Shown here: positions 42,235 through 54,037 of the stretch, piece after piece | Layout of the letters: each line of letters begins with the position of its first letter | Numbering within the stretch: the stretch's first letter is position 1 | Assembly: GCA_002269645.1 (NCBI GenBank) | Contig: NIVC01000850.1 | Location: 335,904 to 399,903, forward strand | Length of the DNA stretch: 64,000 nucleotides | Direction of reading: 5' to 3' | From: Macrostomum lignano | Taxonomy: Eukaryota | Position numbers and translations under genes: made by a program | The notes under the pieces: generated by a model | What the model was told of the DNA's origin: nothing | Seen by the model: the letters and a program-made list of their open reading frames with translations, nothing else | The model's database searches: none

Positions 42235-42624
42235 GTAATCTACATCGACGTCGACGATTCAGCTCCTCCGGTGAACCTCCTGGACGAAGCCGAGCTGGCC
42301 GCCGCTCACACCAGACGAAACGTCATCATCATCATCATTCTGGCAGCTGTCTCAGCAGTCCTGGCCATCATCCTGATCGTTGCCATCACCTGCGTGAATC
42401 GCCCCTGCTGCGGAGTGTACGAAGGCGGCGCTGGCGAAGCCGGCGGGCGCGGAAAGCATCGAGGAGGTCGGCAGCGAAGAACCGACGGCATTGACGGCAT
42501 TGGTGGAGGCGGTGGCGGTGGCGACATGCAGTACACAGAGCAGGCGCAGCATCTGACGGTGACGGACTCAGAGATGGCCTGGGCCGGCTCAGGAGTGCTG
42601 CGGGCGCCTTCGATTGGCTCGCAT
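42235..42624 (+). CDS. Pcdh: Protocadherin exon 5: end of EC7, transmembrane helix, juxtamembrane region
   Basis: Acceptor GCGCAG|; VIYIDVDD completes the EC7 strand; TM VIIIIILAAVSAVLAIILIVAITCV; donor CAT|GTGAGT at 42625. Confidence 0.9.
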
Positions 42625-42627
42625 GTG

Positions 42628-43165
42628 AGTGTACATCGTGTATTGTACATCGTGTAGTGTGTACATCGTGTATTGTACATTTTGTAGTGTGTACATCGTG
42701 TATTGTACATTGTGTAGTGTACATTTTGAAGTGTACATTGTGTAGTGTACATTTTTAGTGTAAATTGTCAATTATACATTGTGTAGTGTACATTGCGTTA
42801 GTGTGTACATTGTGTAGTGTACATCGTGTAGTGTACATTGTGTAGTGTACATTGTGTAGTGTACATTGTGTAGTATGCATGTACATCGTGTATTGTACAT
42901 TTTGAAGTGTACATGTACATCATGTAGTGTACATTTTGAAGTGTACATTTTGTAATGTACACTTTGTAGTGTACATTTTAGTGTACATTGTGTAGTGTAC
43001 ATTGCGTAGTGTACATCGTGCATTGTACATTGTGTAGTGTACATCGTGTAGTGTACATTTTGAAGTGTACATTGTGTAGTGTACATTTAAGTGTACATTT
43101 TGTAATTTACATTTTGTAGTGTACATTGTGTAGTGTACATTTTTAAGTGTACATTGTGTACTTAC
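42628..43165. repeat. ~14-bp array GTGTACATTGTGTA filling intron 5
   Basis: Begins within the donor context GTGAGTGTACATC. Confidence 0.92.
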
Positions 43166-43249
43166 ATCGTGTTTGATTACATTAATATCAATATTTGATG
43201 ATATGGTGTTTTTTATCTAACAAAGCCCGGCAAAAACATTCGCGCCCAG

Positions 43250-43769
43250 AGTCCAATAGTGACGACCTCGTTTGCGCTGCCGCAAAGTCACGACGCGAGC
43301 TGTTACTATGGAGGCGGCGGCGGCGGCGGCGGAGCCTGCAGCACTCTGCCAAATCCGCGCCATCAAGTGGCTGGCGAGAGATCTGCTTCTAGAGGAGGAG
43401 CGCAGGCTTCGAGACCGGGTCAGGCCAAGAGCGATCAGGTGAACTTCTGGCTCTACCAGATCAAAGAGGATGCCGCCGCCTCGCCGCAGATGCAGCATCC
43501 GAGGTACTATCAGCAGCAGCAGCAGCAGCATCTCAACAATTTTTGTACTATTTCCCGCGGTCAGCACCAGGTGGTGCACTATGGACAGCCGCAGCAGCCA
43601 AACAATCAAGACCAGCCTGTCGCTGACGGTGCCCAGTCCGATAGCGGCCGCGGCTGCTCAGACGAGGATCTGTCCTCGGGTCCGGGCTATCATAACCAGC
43701 AAGGTGGTAGCGGGACTGCCGCAGGCGCTGGAAGTCACCACCATCAGCAGGTGAAGACTGCCTACAGAG
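43250..43769 (+). CDS. Pcdh: Protocadherin exon 6: cytoplasmic region with CM1-like motif
   Basis: Acceptor GCCCAG| (phase 0); G/Q-rich linker and QSDSGRGCSDED, resembling the delta-protocadherin DSG-x-G-x-S motif; donor AGAG|GTGAGA at 43770 (phase 1). Confidence 0.82.
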
Positions 43770-43816
43770 GTGAGAGTGACTAGCTTTGGTCGTCCGGGCC
43801 GCTGGGGTTTAAGTTA

Positions 43817-44469
43817 CACTCAGTAACATTGAAAAGTGTCCACGTCTGCACAAAAGGCTACACTAGCTGAACGATTAGGGATTGAAAGGGTTTTAACTAT
43901 GTTTGAGCCATAGACAATCAAAATAAGGCAACAAAGAATGAACAGCGAAACAAGTCCATGCCCATTTCCACGCTGTGTACATGTCTAAAGCACAGTCAGT
44001 TACAGGTATAGATAGCAACCACGAGCATCCAACAGACCGCTCACTCGTCGAGGCATTCCCGAACAAGGCGCCGCAGAAAGTCTTGTGGTAGCTGTTGCCA
44101 CGCGACTGAAAGCGCATTGCGCAGCTGGACCATGTTCTGGGGGCATAGAGACTGTTGCACCGAATCGTGCGCTTCAGGAAATCCCACACGTGCTCAATCG
44201 GGTTCATATCCGGTGATCTGGACGGCCAACGCAGAGTGCGCCATCAGTCATTTAGCGGATTATCGTTGTCACCTGCGTCCAGATGCCTCCAGTGAACTCC
44301 TGTACACTCGTTACTGTAACGCTTTTCCCTGTGACACCAGATATCGGTATTTACTTTCCTGTCCTTATTTGCTCATTTGTCTATGGCCCAAAGCCAACTG
44401 ACGAAACCATCGATCGTGCTGCCCATGGACCCTTGGGGCAAGGGTGGACAATTTAAATGTTGCTGAGTC
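43817..44469 (-). mobile_element. Internally deleted Tc1/mariner element with transposase C-terminal remnant
   Basis: Minus frame WPSRSPDMNPIEHVWDFLKRTIR, then frameshifted QLRNALSVAWQQLPQDFLRRLV and MPRRV; TIRs (TA)CACTCAGTAACATTGAAAAGTGTCCAC and GTGGACAATTTAAATGTTGCTGAGTC. Confidence 0.85.
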
Positions 44470-44682
44470 ACTTTGTAGTTCAAAGTCTGTGCATTTTTGC
44501 TTTACGATTTTTCGCACTACATTTGTACATTTGTACTACCGATTTTGTAAATCAAGTTAGGATTTGAGAAATTTTAATACAGATATCGATCGATATTTGT
44601 ACTATTTTTTGGACAATATTTTCATAAAATACTACAGTTTTTACAACGTTATTTTGTACTATACTATACCTATACAACGCAG

Positions 44683-44996
44683 ATCCCCAGCAGCAGCAGC
44701 AGCAGCAGGCGCCAATACGGTTCACCCCAGTTCCGCAACTGAGCTCAGTGCAAACAAGTCGATCAACGCCTTTGCCGAGTATTCAAAATCAGCCCCAGCC
44801 CCAGCCCCAGCAGCAGCAGCAGCCACAGCACCAGCAGGGATCAAAGCCGCCAACCCCGCAGCCTCTGGCAACTGTTCACGCAGCCAGCGCTGGCCACAGC
44901 GCCTCCCCTGTGACCGCTGCCTCATCTGCTGCCAATCCAGCTGACCAGGTGTGCCGGCAGATCGACAACCTGTTCTTCAAGGATATGACTGTTTGA
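44683..44996 (+). CDS. Pcdh: Protocadherin exon 7: Q/P-rich C-terminal tail ending QIDNLFFKDMTV*
   Basis: Acceptor ACGCAG| at 44682; phase 1 matches exon 6; frame open to TGA at 44994-44996. Confidence 0.78.
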
Positions 44997-47568
44997 AAAT
45001 ATGTGGTTGGAGTGTGGATTGCAGGTAAAAATTGACTGTTCATTTTCCGGGTTTTTTAATTTGCGATCGTACGCTAATTGTATTAACAATTTGAAACATA
45101 ACGCGATAGTTAAAATTAATAATTTTACTTTGGATTTTTTCCGCGCCATCTCACTAATCATATGATAAATATTCTAATACGCCTCATTTAATCTCATAGC
45201 ATCAGATGTTTGTCTCATTCCTAATTTTGCAAATCTCAGTCGATTCTGCTTATTTAAAATTTAAACTTTAAAGTTAAAAAATCACCATGGTTGTTGTAAC
45301 CAGTATTCCCGTGTATGCTGACAGTGCTACGAATCCGCAGGAACATAAAACGAAATAACATTCTGCCGGCAAAGTTATTTTGTTTTGTCTATAGAAAAAA
45401 TATTATATTTATTATGGCTTCAAAATTTGTTATTTTATAAATCCTCTAGTCACAACAATTTTCACCCTTTTCCTGTACAACAATTTCCAATGTCATGCAA
45501 CGGTCAAAATGTAAAAAATTAGCTACATGATGACCGGCGCAATGTAAAAGAACCCATTTTCTATATACGCTTGCAGACGTGTATCGGAGTCGAATGTTTT
45601 ACGGGTTTAAAACAATTGAACGTAACTAATTTTCCAACTTTTCTATTTAATCGATAGTTTATTATTAGTAGTTATGAATTAATAATGTATTATTTAGCCT
45701 CTTAATACTCGAGTACTGGATAGCTGCCTTTGTTTTTTAACAATTAAAGCGCGTCATACTAAAATTATTTGCTCATCACCTCTAGTTCCTCGCAGTGAAC
45801 AACCAGCTTTAAGTCAGTTTTGTTATATTTTTCATCTTATTAAATATTTTAATATCAGTTTTTCATTTGAAGTGAAAGAGTTAGCTATTAAAACTTATAA
45901 TTTACGATTTTTTTAAAAACAAGCGTTTTGTTTTACTAGCATGCGCATCTGAATACTTCTGTTAATTAACGTAATCGTGCTAAAGCAACTTGTATTTGTT
46001 ACTAATGTACATTTATTGTTATTCCTCTCCAGATTTTCTAAGGCAGTATTTTAGCTTCTAATTTTTGTTTTATTACTGCTATAATGCATTGAAGGATATA
46101 AGAGAATTAAATAGTTTTTTGTGAACTATTTTTGCTATCTTTGAATAGCAGAAGCTATAAAAGCGTATTTGTTGCATTGGAGTTGTAAAACCCGGAAAAT
46201 TTAGACTATTGGTTTGTACGAATAGAAGTTCAATTTCAAGCCTTAAAAGTTTTGCTTAATTATTTAAAAAATATTTAACTAAGTCATGCTTAGGGATGAA
46301 ACTTTTAATGGCTTTAAGAAACCTATAATCATCTTTTTGTAGCAATTATTTTGTCAGATTGGACTAATAATTACGAGTAATGAACAAACTCCCTTGTATA
46401 TATTGAGTGAGTGTTAGAAAAATGGTACGTGGCTATAATGTGTAGGGTAGTGTGTACATTGTCCCATAACTTTCATTTACGTTTTTGCTGATATTGACGG
46501 CTAATGCAGCTAAGTTTATATTATAATTATATATAATTTACAGTTTTCAACGAACTTAAATGCCTGTGTAAAAAATGATTCCTTTTGTTAGAATTACGCT
46601 AATATTTCCGCGCAAGAGTCAAACAGAGTGCTGGACCTTCGCTTCAAAATGATATAATTTTTTATTAATTTTTCAATTAATTGCTATTCATATTATGTTT
46701 TCATGCAATATTGAGCTGATACAATTGCTAATGTCTGCATTCATTAATTGCTTATTAGCCAAAGCGTTGACTCAATAACACGGCTAATCGATTTTATGCG
46801 GATATTAAATTTTACTATTCCCTCTCTCAGTACACTACTGTCGGAGCCTACTGTAAGTAGTATACTTCTCGTATTAAGTGGAAAATCTGTTATACCATGT
46901 GTTTCGTAAGCGTATTTTGTCTCGTTTTGCCAATATAAATATTACTAGTCGTGAAAATAAATGAGGGAAATAAGATCGACTAACTCATAAGTGAAGTCTT
47001 GAATTTGCAGATTGTGGCTTTGTGACTAAAAAAAAAATCAGATCTAGCTACGACTTAATTTTTATCCGTTTTATTATCGAATCATCGCATAATTAAGTTC
47101 TCAGTGTGCAAAGCACAAAAGTTCTATAAAACAGATGATTCAAAAGGAGGAAAGTAGTGTGTTGTTTTTTTTCCTAACAGTACACCAAACAAAAGGAAAC
47201 ACGTTGCAATACTCGTGTTAAAATTGGATATTTGGGTTGTCTGCGAATAAAGCGACTGAAACAAAACAAAATTTAAATTTAGCAAAGAAAAGAAAAGTTT
47301 TGCAGTCACCGTGTCGTTAAAAAAAGCGTGTGAAACTGCCAACGAGACATCAATTTTCCGGTACAAGAGAAACATTTTCTTCTCACGGACTCCTTGAAGG
47401 ATAAAAATAAAAACGCAGTTCCGACTATAGTCAAAAATAGTCCAGGTTTCAAATTAAGAAACAGATTTATTTTTTATTGCGCAGTGACCTTGTCAATGAG
47501 ATGCGAAAAGGCAGATAATGAATGGACACAGACAGACACAAAGCCAGAACAGACAAAAAAATATACAT

Positions 47569-47788
<220 letters not shown>

Positions 47789-48364
47789 CAGACCCATAAT
47801 ACACAGACATGTTGAGACCCCGAAGGAGGCAGAAGCGGCATTAATTATTCGAGTGTCTGTCTGCCTGTCATTGCTGTTTTCACTCTCAGTACCCTGTCGC
47901 ACATTGCCAACCGGAAAAGCCCTAATTATGTCACGCGTTGCAATTATGCTAATTAGACAAAGAACGCGAAAACAAAGCAAAGGACATGGCAAACCGGCAT
48001 GACACGGGCCAACCTGGTCTGGCAACTGAGCTGAGAATGTCTACAGACCGAATATTTCCCAGGAAATGTACAACGGTGCTCGGGTTATGCTAAAATTCAG
48101 GCGAATGTTATTTTAGACATCAAGAAATCTAACTGGCTGAGTGGCTGGTCAGACTTGTTTTGCCTTTAGAGGCCACTGGATTCATACTTTTAGTTCTAGC
48201 CTTGCAATTCCTGTGCCACGTGACTAAAGTGGTGCGCATTTGCTTTCGTTGCCGAGGGAGCTGATTCTTTGAAATTGAGGGACGCCACAGAAATGTAATG
48301 AATTATGCTATTTTTCTATTTTAAAGGGCTCAATTGCCGCTTTGGAAAGTTGTTAGTTTTAACT

Positions 48365-48975
48365 AAGTTTTAACTAAGTTGTTAGTTTGGAAGGTTGTGA
48401 GTTTAGAAGGTTGTCAGTTTAGAAGGTTGTCAGTTTGGAAGATTGTCAGTTTGGGAGGTTGTCAGTTTGGGAGGTTGTCAGTTTGGGAGGCTGTCAGTTT
48501 GGGAGGTTGTCAGTTTGGGAGGTTGTCAGTTTGGGAGGTTGTCAGTTTGGGAGGCTGTCAGTTTGGGAGGTTGTCAGTTTAGAAGCTTGTCAGTTTGGGA
48601 GGTTGTGAGTTTAGAAGGTTGTCAGTTTAGAAGCTTGTCAGTTTGGGAGGTTGTCAGTTTAGAAGCTTGTCAGTTTGAGAGGTTGTCAGTTTGAGAGGTT
48701 GTCAGTTTGGGAGGTTGTCAGTTTGGGAGGTTGTCAGTTTGTGAGGTTGTCAGTTTGGGAGGTTGTCAGTTTGGGAGGTTGTCAGTTTGTGAGGTTGTCA
48801 GTTTGGAAGATTGTCAGTTTGGGAGGTTGTCAGTTTGGGAGGTTGTCAGTTTGGAAGATTGTCAGTTTGGGAGGTTGTCAGTTTGGGAGGTTGTCAGTTT
48901 GGAAGATTGTCAGTTTGGGAGGTTGTCAGTTTGGGAGGTTGTCAGTTTGGAAAATTGTCAGTTTGGGAGGTTTTC
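48365..48975. repeat. 16-bp array GTTGTCAGTTTGGGAG
   Basis: Period 16. Confidence 0.94.
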
Positions 48976-49587
48976 AGTTTGGAGGGGATTTTTCCAGTTT
49001 AGAAGGGAGTTTACCAGTTCGGAAGGTTGCCAAAGTTGAAGGAAACCTGTCGGTTTGAAATTACATCTTCCAGTTGGGAATAAAGCCTCTTCATTTGCTT
49101 GAAAATCTCGTTTAGCAATTCAATATGGTCAAAAGCAAAGTATCCGGCCAGACAGACAAGGGGTGACAGGCAGCGCGCTGCGTCACATGACTTGTTCCCG
49201 CGTGCACTTTATCGCCAAAGCCAGCAGGCGGAGGCACTCGTGCGCCTTTACCTGTGCACGCATTTGCAGATTAGAACTCTTGAACGCCCACGCATTCAGT
49301 GGGACAAAAAAAGAGGAGTTTGGTGCACGAATTGTCTGCTGAGAAGACAAACAGACTGAGATAGAGGAGTGGAAGCAATCGCTACACACTCCCACTATCT
49401 GTATAGCTTGAGCACAGAGTAGGATATAGAAAATCGATATTCTCATATATAGACAAACTTATGTGTAGGCGTTTCTGCTTTGTTCAGACTATCGGTGGAA
49501 TAATGCTCTCATAAAAGCTGCATTTGGCTCGATATGCGCACTGATAAAACAGGCACCGCAGAGCAGGGCTGCGGGGCAGGAGGGAGT

Positions 49588-50190
49588 CTCCAGTGGCGCT
49601 AAAATCTCCCCAGTGGCGCTAAAATCTTCCCAGTGGCGCTAAAATCCCCCCATTGGTGCTAAAATCTTCCCAGTGGCGCTAAAATCTTCCCAGTGGCGCT
49701 AAAATCCCCCAGTGGCGCTAAAATCTTCCCAGTGGCGCTAAAATCCCCCCATTGGTGCTAAAATCTTCCAATGGCGCTAAAATCTTCCCAGTGGCGCTAA
49801 AATCCCCCCATTGGCGCTAAAATCTCCCCAGTGGCGCTAAAATCCCCCATTGGCGCTAAAATCTCCCCAGTGGCGCTAAAATCCCCTCAGTGGTGCTTAA
49901 ATCCTTCCAGTGGCGCTAAAATCCTCCCAGTGGCGCTAAAATCTCCCCAGTGGCGCTAAAATCACCCCATTAGCGCTAAAATCCTCCCAGTGGCGCTAAA
50001 ACCTCCCCAGTAGCGCTAAAATCCCCCCATTAGCGCTAAAATCTCCCCAGTGGCGCTAAAACCTTCCCAGTAGCGCTAAAATCCTCCCATTGGCGCTAAA
50101 ATCTCCCCAGTGACGCTGAAATCTTCCCAGTGGCGCTAAAATCTCCCCAGTGGCGCTAAAATCCCCCCATTAGCGCTAAAATCTCCCAAA
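49588..50190. repeat. 20-21-bp array CAGTGGCGCTAAAATCTCCC
   Basis: Read directly. Confidence 0.94.
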
Positions 50191-50500
50191 ATCTCCCTCA
50201 CATCTCCCTCACATCTCCCTCACATCTCCCTCACATCTCCCTCATATCTCCCTCACATCTCCCTCACATCTCCCTAACATCTCCCTAACATCTCCCTCAC
50301 ACCTCCCTCACATCTCCCTCACATCTCCCTCACATCTCCCTCATATCTCCCTCACATCTCCCTCACACCTCCCTCACATCTCCCTCACATCTCCCTCACA
50401 GCTCCCTCACATCTCCCTCACATCTCCCTCACATCTCTCTCACATCTCCCTCACATGACCCTCATATCTCCCTCATGTCTCCCTTATATCTCCCTCACAT
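50191..50500. repeat. 11-bp array ATCTCCCTCAC
   Basis: Period 11; abuts the previous array. Confidence 0.94.
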
Positions 50501-50829
50501 ATACTTCTTTTTATAACTTGCTGTCCTTGTTCTTAACCCTAGAAACACAGATGGCACAGCAGTGGTTTTTCTGTGTGTAAAATTGCCAATCTAGAAACAA
50601 CGGAAGTGCATCATCGTATCGGATAGTCCAAACAGATACATTTATGCTTGATAATCTGCTACAATAGGTAGAAAAACACAGCATGATGTGGCTTCTATAT
50701 TGCTACCAGCACAAGTCACGGGGTGCAAAGTATATTTTCTAGGAAACGCAAGCGGAAGGAGGTTCTTAGTAGTGCCAGAACTAAAAATAGTATAGTAATA
50801 TATAGTAATAACCATTTTCCCCAGCAGAC

Positions 50830-50834
50830 ATGGC
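50830..50834 (+). CDS. Predicted start micro-exon (ATG GC) of the PDP-like gene
   Basis: TTTTCCCCAG|CAGAC ATG GC|GTAAGT: acceptor at 50824, perfect donor at 50835; phase 2 fits the next micro-exon. Predicted from splice signals only. Confidence 0.4.
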
Positions 50835-51139
50835 GTAAGTGCATAGGTTCAGTCCCATGTGCAATATCATTTTAGCAGATAAAATTTGGCGGGAAACCAG
50901 ATGCCCTTTGATATCTGATTATTCAGTTCAAGCAGAGTGCGGTGCGTGGGAATGTGCTGTGAAGGATGTGAAAAAAGACAATTTTAGCCAAATAATTTCC
51001 GCATAAGATCCAGTGATTAAAATTGAAATATTGAAAACACAAATTTCTCTGTAATGGATAATTAATGACTGAGAGAGAAGAACAACAGTTTGCAATGAAG
51101 AGGAGGGTAGGTTAACGAAGAGAAGAGAGGCTAAAAAGG

Positions 51140-52508
51140 GAGACGTAAGGGAAAGACGAGAGGGAGAGACGTGAGGGAGAGACGTGAGGGAGAGACGTGA
51201 GGGAGAGACGTGAGGGAGAGACGTCAGGGAGAGATGTGAGGGAGAGACGTGAGGGAGAGACGTGAGGGAGAGACGAGAGGGAGAGACGTGAGGGAGAGAT
51301 GTGAGAGAGAGACGTGAGGGAGATGTGAGGGAGAGACGTGAGGGAGATGTGAGGGAGAGACGTGAGGGAGATGTGAAGGAGACGATAGGGAGAGGTGAGG
51401 GAGATGTGAAGGAGAAGATAGGGAGATATTAATGAGAGACAGCACAGCAGACACGTGAGGGAGATGTGAAGGAGAAGATAGGGAGAGGTGAGGGAGATGT
51501 GAAGGAGACGATAGGGAGATATTAATGAGAGACAGCACAGCAGACACGTGAGGGAGATGTGAAGGAGACGATAGGGAGATATTAATGAGAGACAGCACAG
51601 CAGACACTTGAGAGAGATGTGAAGGAGACGATAGGGAGATATTAATGAGAGACAGCACAGCAGACACGTGAGGGAGATGTGAAGGAGACGATAGGGAGAT
51701 ATTAATGAGAGACAGCACAGCAGACACTTGAGGGAGATGTGAAGGAGACGATAGGGAGATATTAATGAGAGACAGCACAGCAGACACGTGAGGGAGATGT
51801 GAAGGAGACGATAGGGAGATATTAATGAGAGACAGCACAGCAGACACTTGAGGGAGATGTGAAGGAGAAGATAGGGAGATATTAATGAGAGACAGCACAG
51901 CAGACACTTAAGGGAGATGTGAAGGAGACGATAGGGAGATATTAATGAGAGACAGCACAGCAGACACGTGAGGGAGATGTGAAGGAGACGATAGGGAGAT
52001 ATTAATGAGAGACAGCACAGCAGACACTTGAGAGAGATGTGAAGGAGACGATAGGGAGATATTAATGAGAGATAGCACAGCAGACACTTGAGAGAGATGT
52101 GAAGGAGACGATAGGGAGATATTAATGAGAGACAGCACAGCAGACACGTGAGGGAGATGTGAAGGAGACGATAGGGAGATATTAATGAGAGACAGCACAG
52201 CAGACACTTAAGGGAGATGTGAAGGAGACGATAGGGAGATATTAATGAGAGACAGCACAGCAGACACGTGAGGGAGATGTGAAGGAGACGATAGGGAGAT
52301 ATTAATGAGAGACAGCACAGCAGACACGTGAGGGAGATGTGAAGGAGACGATAGGGAGATATTAATGAGAGATAGCACAGCAGACACGTGAGGGAGATGT
52401 GAAGGAGACGATAGGGAGATATTAATGAGAGACAGCACAGCAGACACGTGAGGGAGATGTGAAGGAGACGATAGGGAGATATTAATGAGAGACAGCACAG
52501 CAGACACG
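51140..52508. repeat. 11-13-bp units grading into a 60-bp higher-order repeat
   Basis: GAGGGAGAGACGT and GAGGGAGATGT units, then ~16 copies of a 60-mer from ~51500. Confidence 0.95.
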
Positions 52509-53097
52509 AGAGAAAGCTGCAGGTGGCGGCTGGCAATAAAAGATTGACATGTTTAGCCATGTCACGAGGCAGGCTAAGCTAATGTCAATTGTTTAAAGTC
52601 AATACAGACATAATCGTAATTTCCGCGGCACCGCTGCAGAAGAGAAAATAAAAGTACAATTTGGCATGAATTCTTCAACAGGCCGCCTCCGACTGTCCCT
52701 GTGCCCTCTAGCGCACGTGATTTCTTCTGCAGCCAATAGGGACAAAGCCAGACTACCTTAGTGTCACCCCCAGTCTGCCCGCGTGTTATGTGGGCGGCTT
52801 GGGGTTAGCAAATGCTATTATATCTAAATGTATACATGTAATAGGCCGGCACCCTAAAGTTGCAGTTCAACCGAGTCGAGACTCTCACCTGAGAAAGGCT
52901 GTCGCTTCTAAAACTTTTTTAGAATAATTTTTTCTAGACATCCGTAAGGATTATTTTTTGATTAATCTGTAGTTTTTTCAAACAGATTAGATTGAAATTA
53001 GAACACTGAATATACTAGCCATTCAATTGTATTTTCAGTCTTAGAATTTTTTCATTGGATTTTTAAATTTACTCAAAAATTGAGTACAATACAACAG

Positions 53098-53139
53098 CGG
53101 CGATGAAGATGCTCAGCTGTCTACTGTACTCGGCTTTGG
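53098..53139 (+). CDS. Predicted 42-nt micro-exon of the PDP-like gene (GDEDAQLSTVLGF)
   Basis: TACAACAG|...TTTGG|GTGAGC; phase 2 in and out; joins in frame to the acceptor GGCCGCAG| at 54037. Confidence 0.45.
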
Positions 53140-53179
53140 GTGAGCATGAGCAGATAATTGATATTCTTGCTGCGAGGGG

Positions 53180-53886
53180 TACAGTGGGAGGTAGAGAGAA
53201 AGGTAGAGTGGGAGGTAGAGAGAGAGGTAGAGTGGAAGATAGATCGAGAAGTAGATTGGAAGATAGAGAGGTAGAGTGAAAAGTAGATAGGTAGATTGGA
53301 AGGTAGAGAAGAAGAGTGGAAGGTAGAAAGGTAGAGTAGAAAGTAGATAGGTAGATTGGAAGGTAGAAAGGTAGAGTGGAAAGTAGATAGGTAGATTGGA
53401 AGGTAGAAAGGTAGAGGGGAAAGTAGATAGGTAGATTGGAAGGTAGAAAGGTAGAGTGGAAAGTAGATAGGTAGATTGGAAGGTAGAAAGGTAGAGTGAA
53501 AAGTAGATAGGTAGATTGGAAGGTAGAAAGGTAGAGTGGAAAGTAGAAAGGTAGAGTGGAAGGTAGAAAGGTAGAGTGGAAAGTAGATAGGTAGAGTGGA
53601 AAGTAGATAGGTAGATTGGAAGGTAGAAAGGTAGAGTGGAAAGTAGATAGGTAGAGTGGAAGGTAGAAAGGTAGAGTGGAAAGTAGATAGGTAGAGTGGA
53701 AAGTAGATAGGTAGATTGGAAGGTAGAAAGGTAGAGTGTAAAGTAGATAGGTAGAGTGGAAAGTAGATAGGTAGAGTGGAAAGTAGATAGGTAGATTGGA
53801 AGGTAGAAAGGTAGAGTGTAAAGTAGATAGGTAGAGTGGAAAGTAGATAGGTAGAGTGGAAAGTAGATAGATAGGTAGGATTGGAA
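53180..53886. repeat. Purine-rich 10/20-bp array GTAGAGTGGAAAGTAGATAG
   Basis: Read directly; fills the predicted intron 53140-54037. Confidence 0.93.
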
Positions 53887-54037
53887 GGTCGAAGAATAGC
53901 TCGTACAATGACTATAGAGAACATGCTTAGTTCCTAGAATAAATAGTGAAAGGTTTTGAAACCGAATATCTCAACCTGAAAACATTCAATTAGCCTTCCA
54001 ATGCCCATCAACCTGTCAATTGTCAAAAAGGCCGCAG

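Noticed and set aside
45000-47500. AT-rich 2.5-kb block lacking arrays
   Set aside because: Consistent with the protocadherin 3' UTR or intergenic DNA; no specific structure could be supported.
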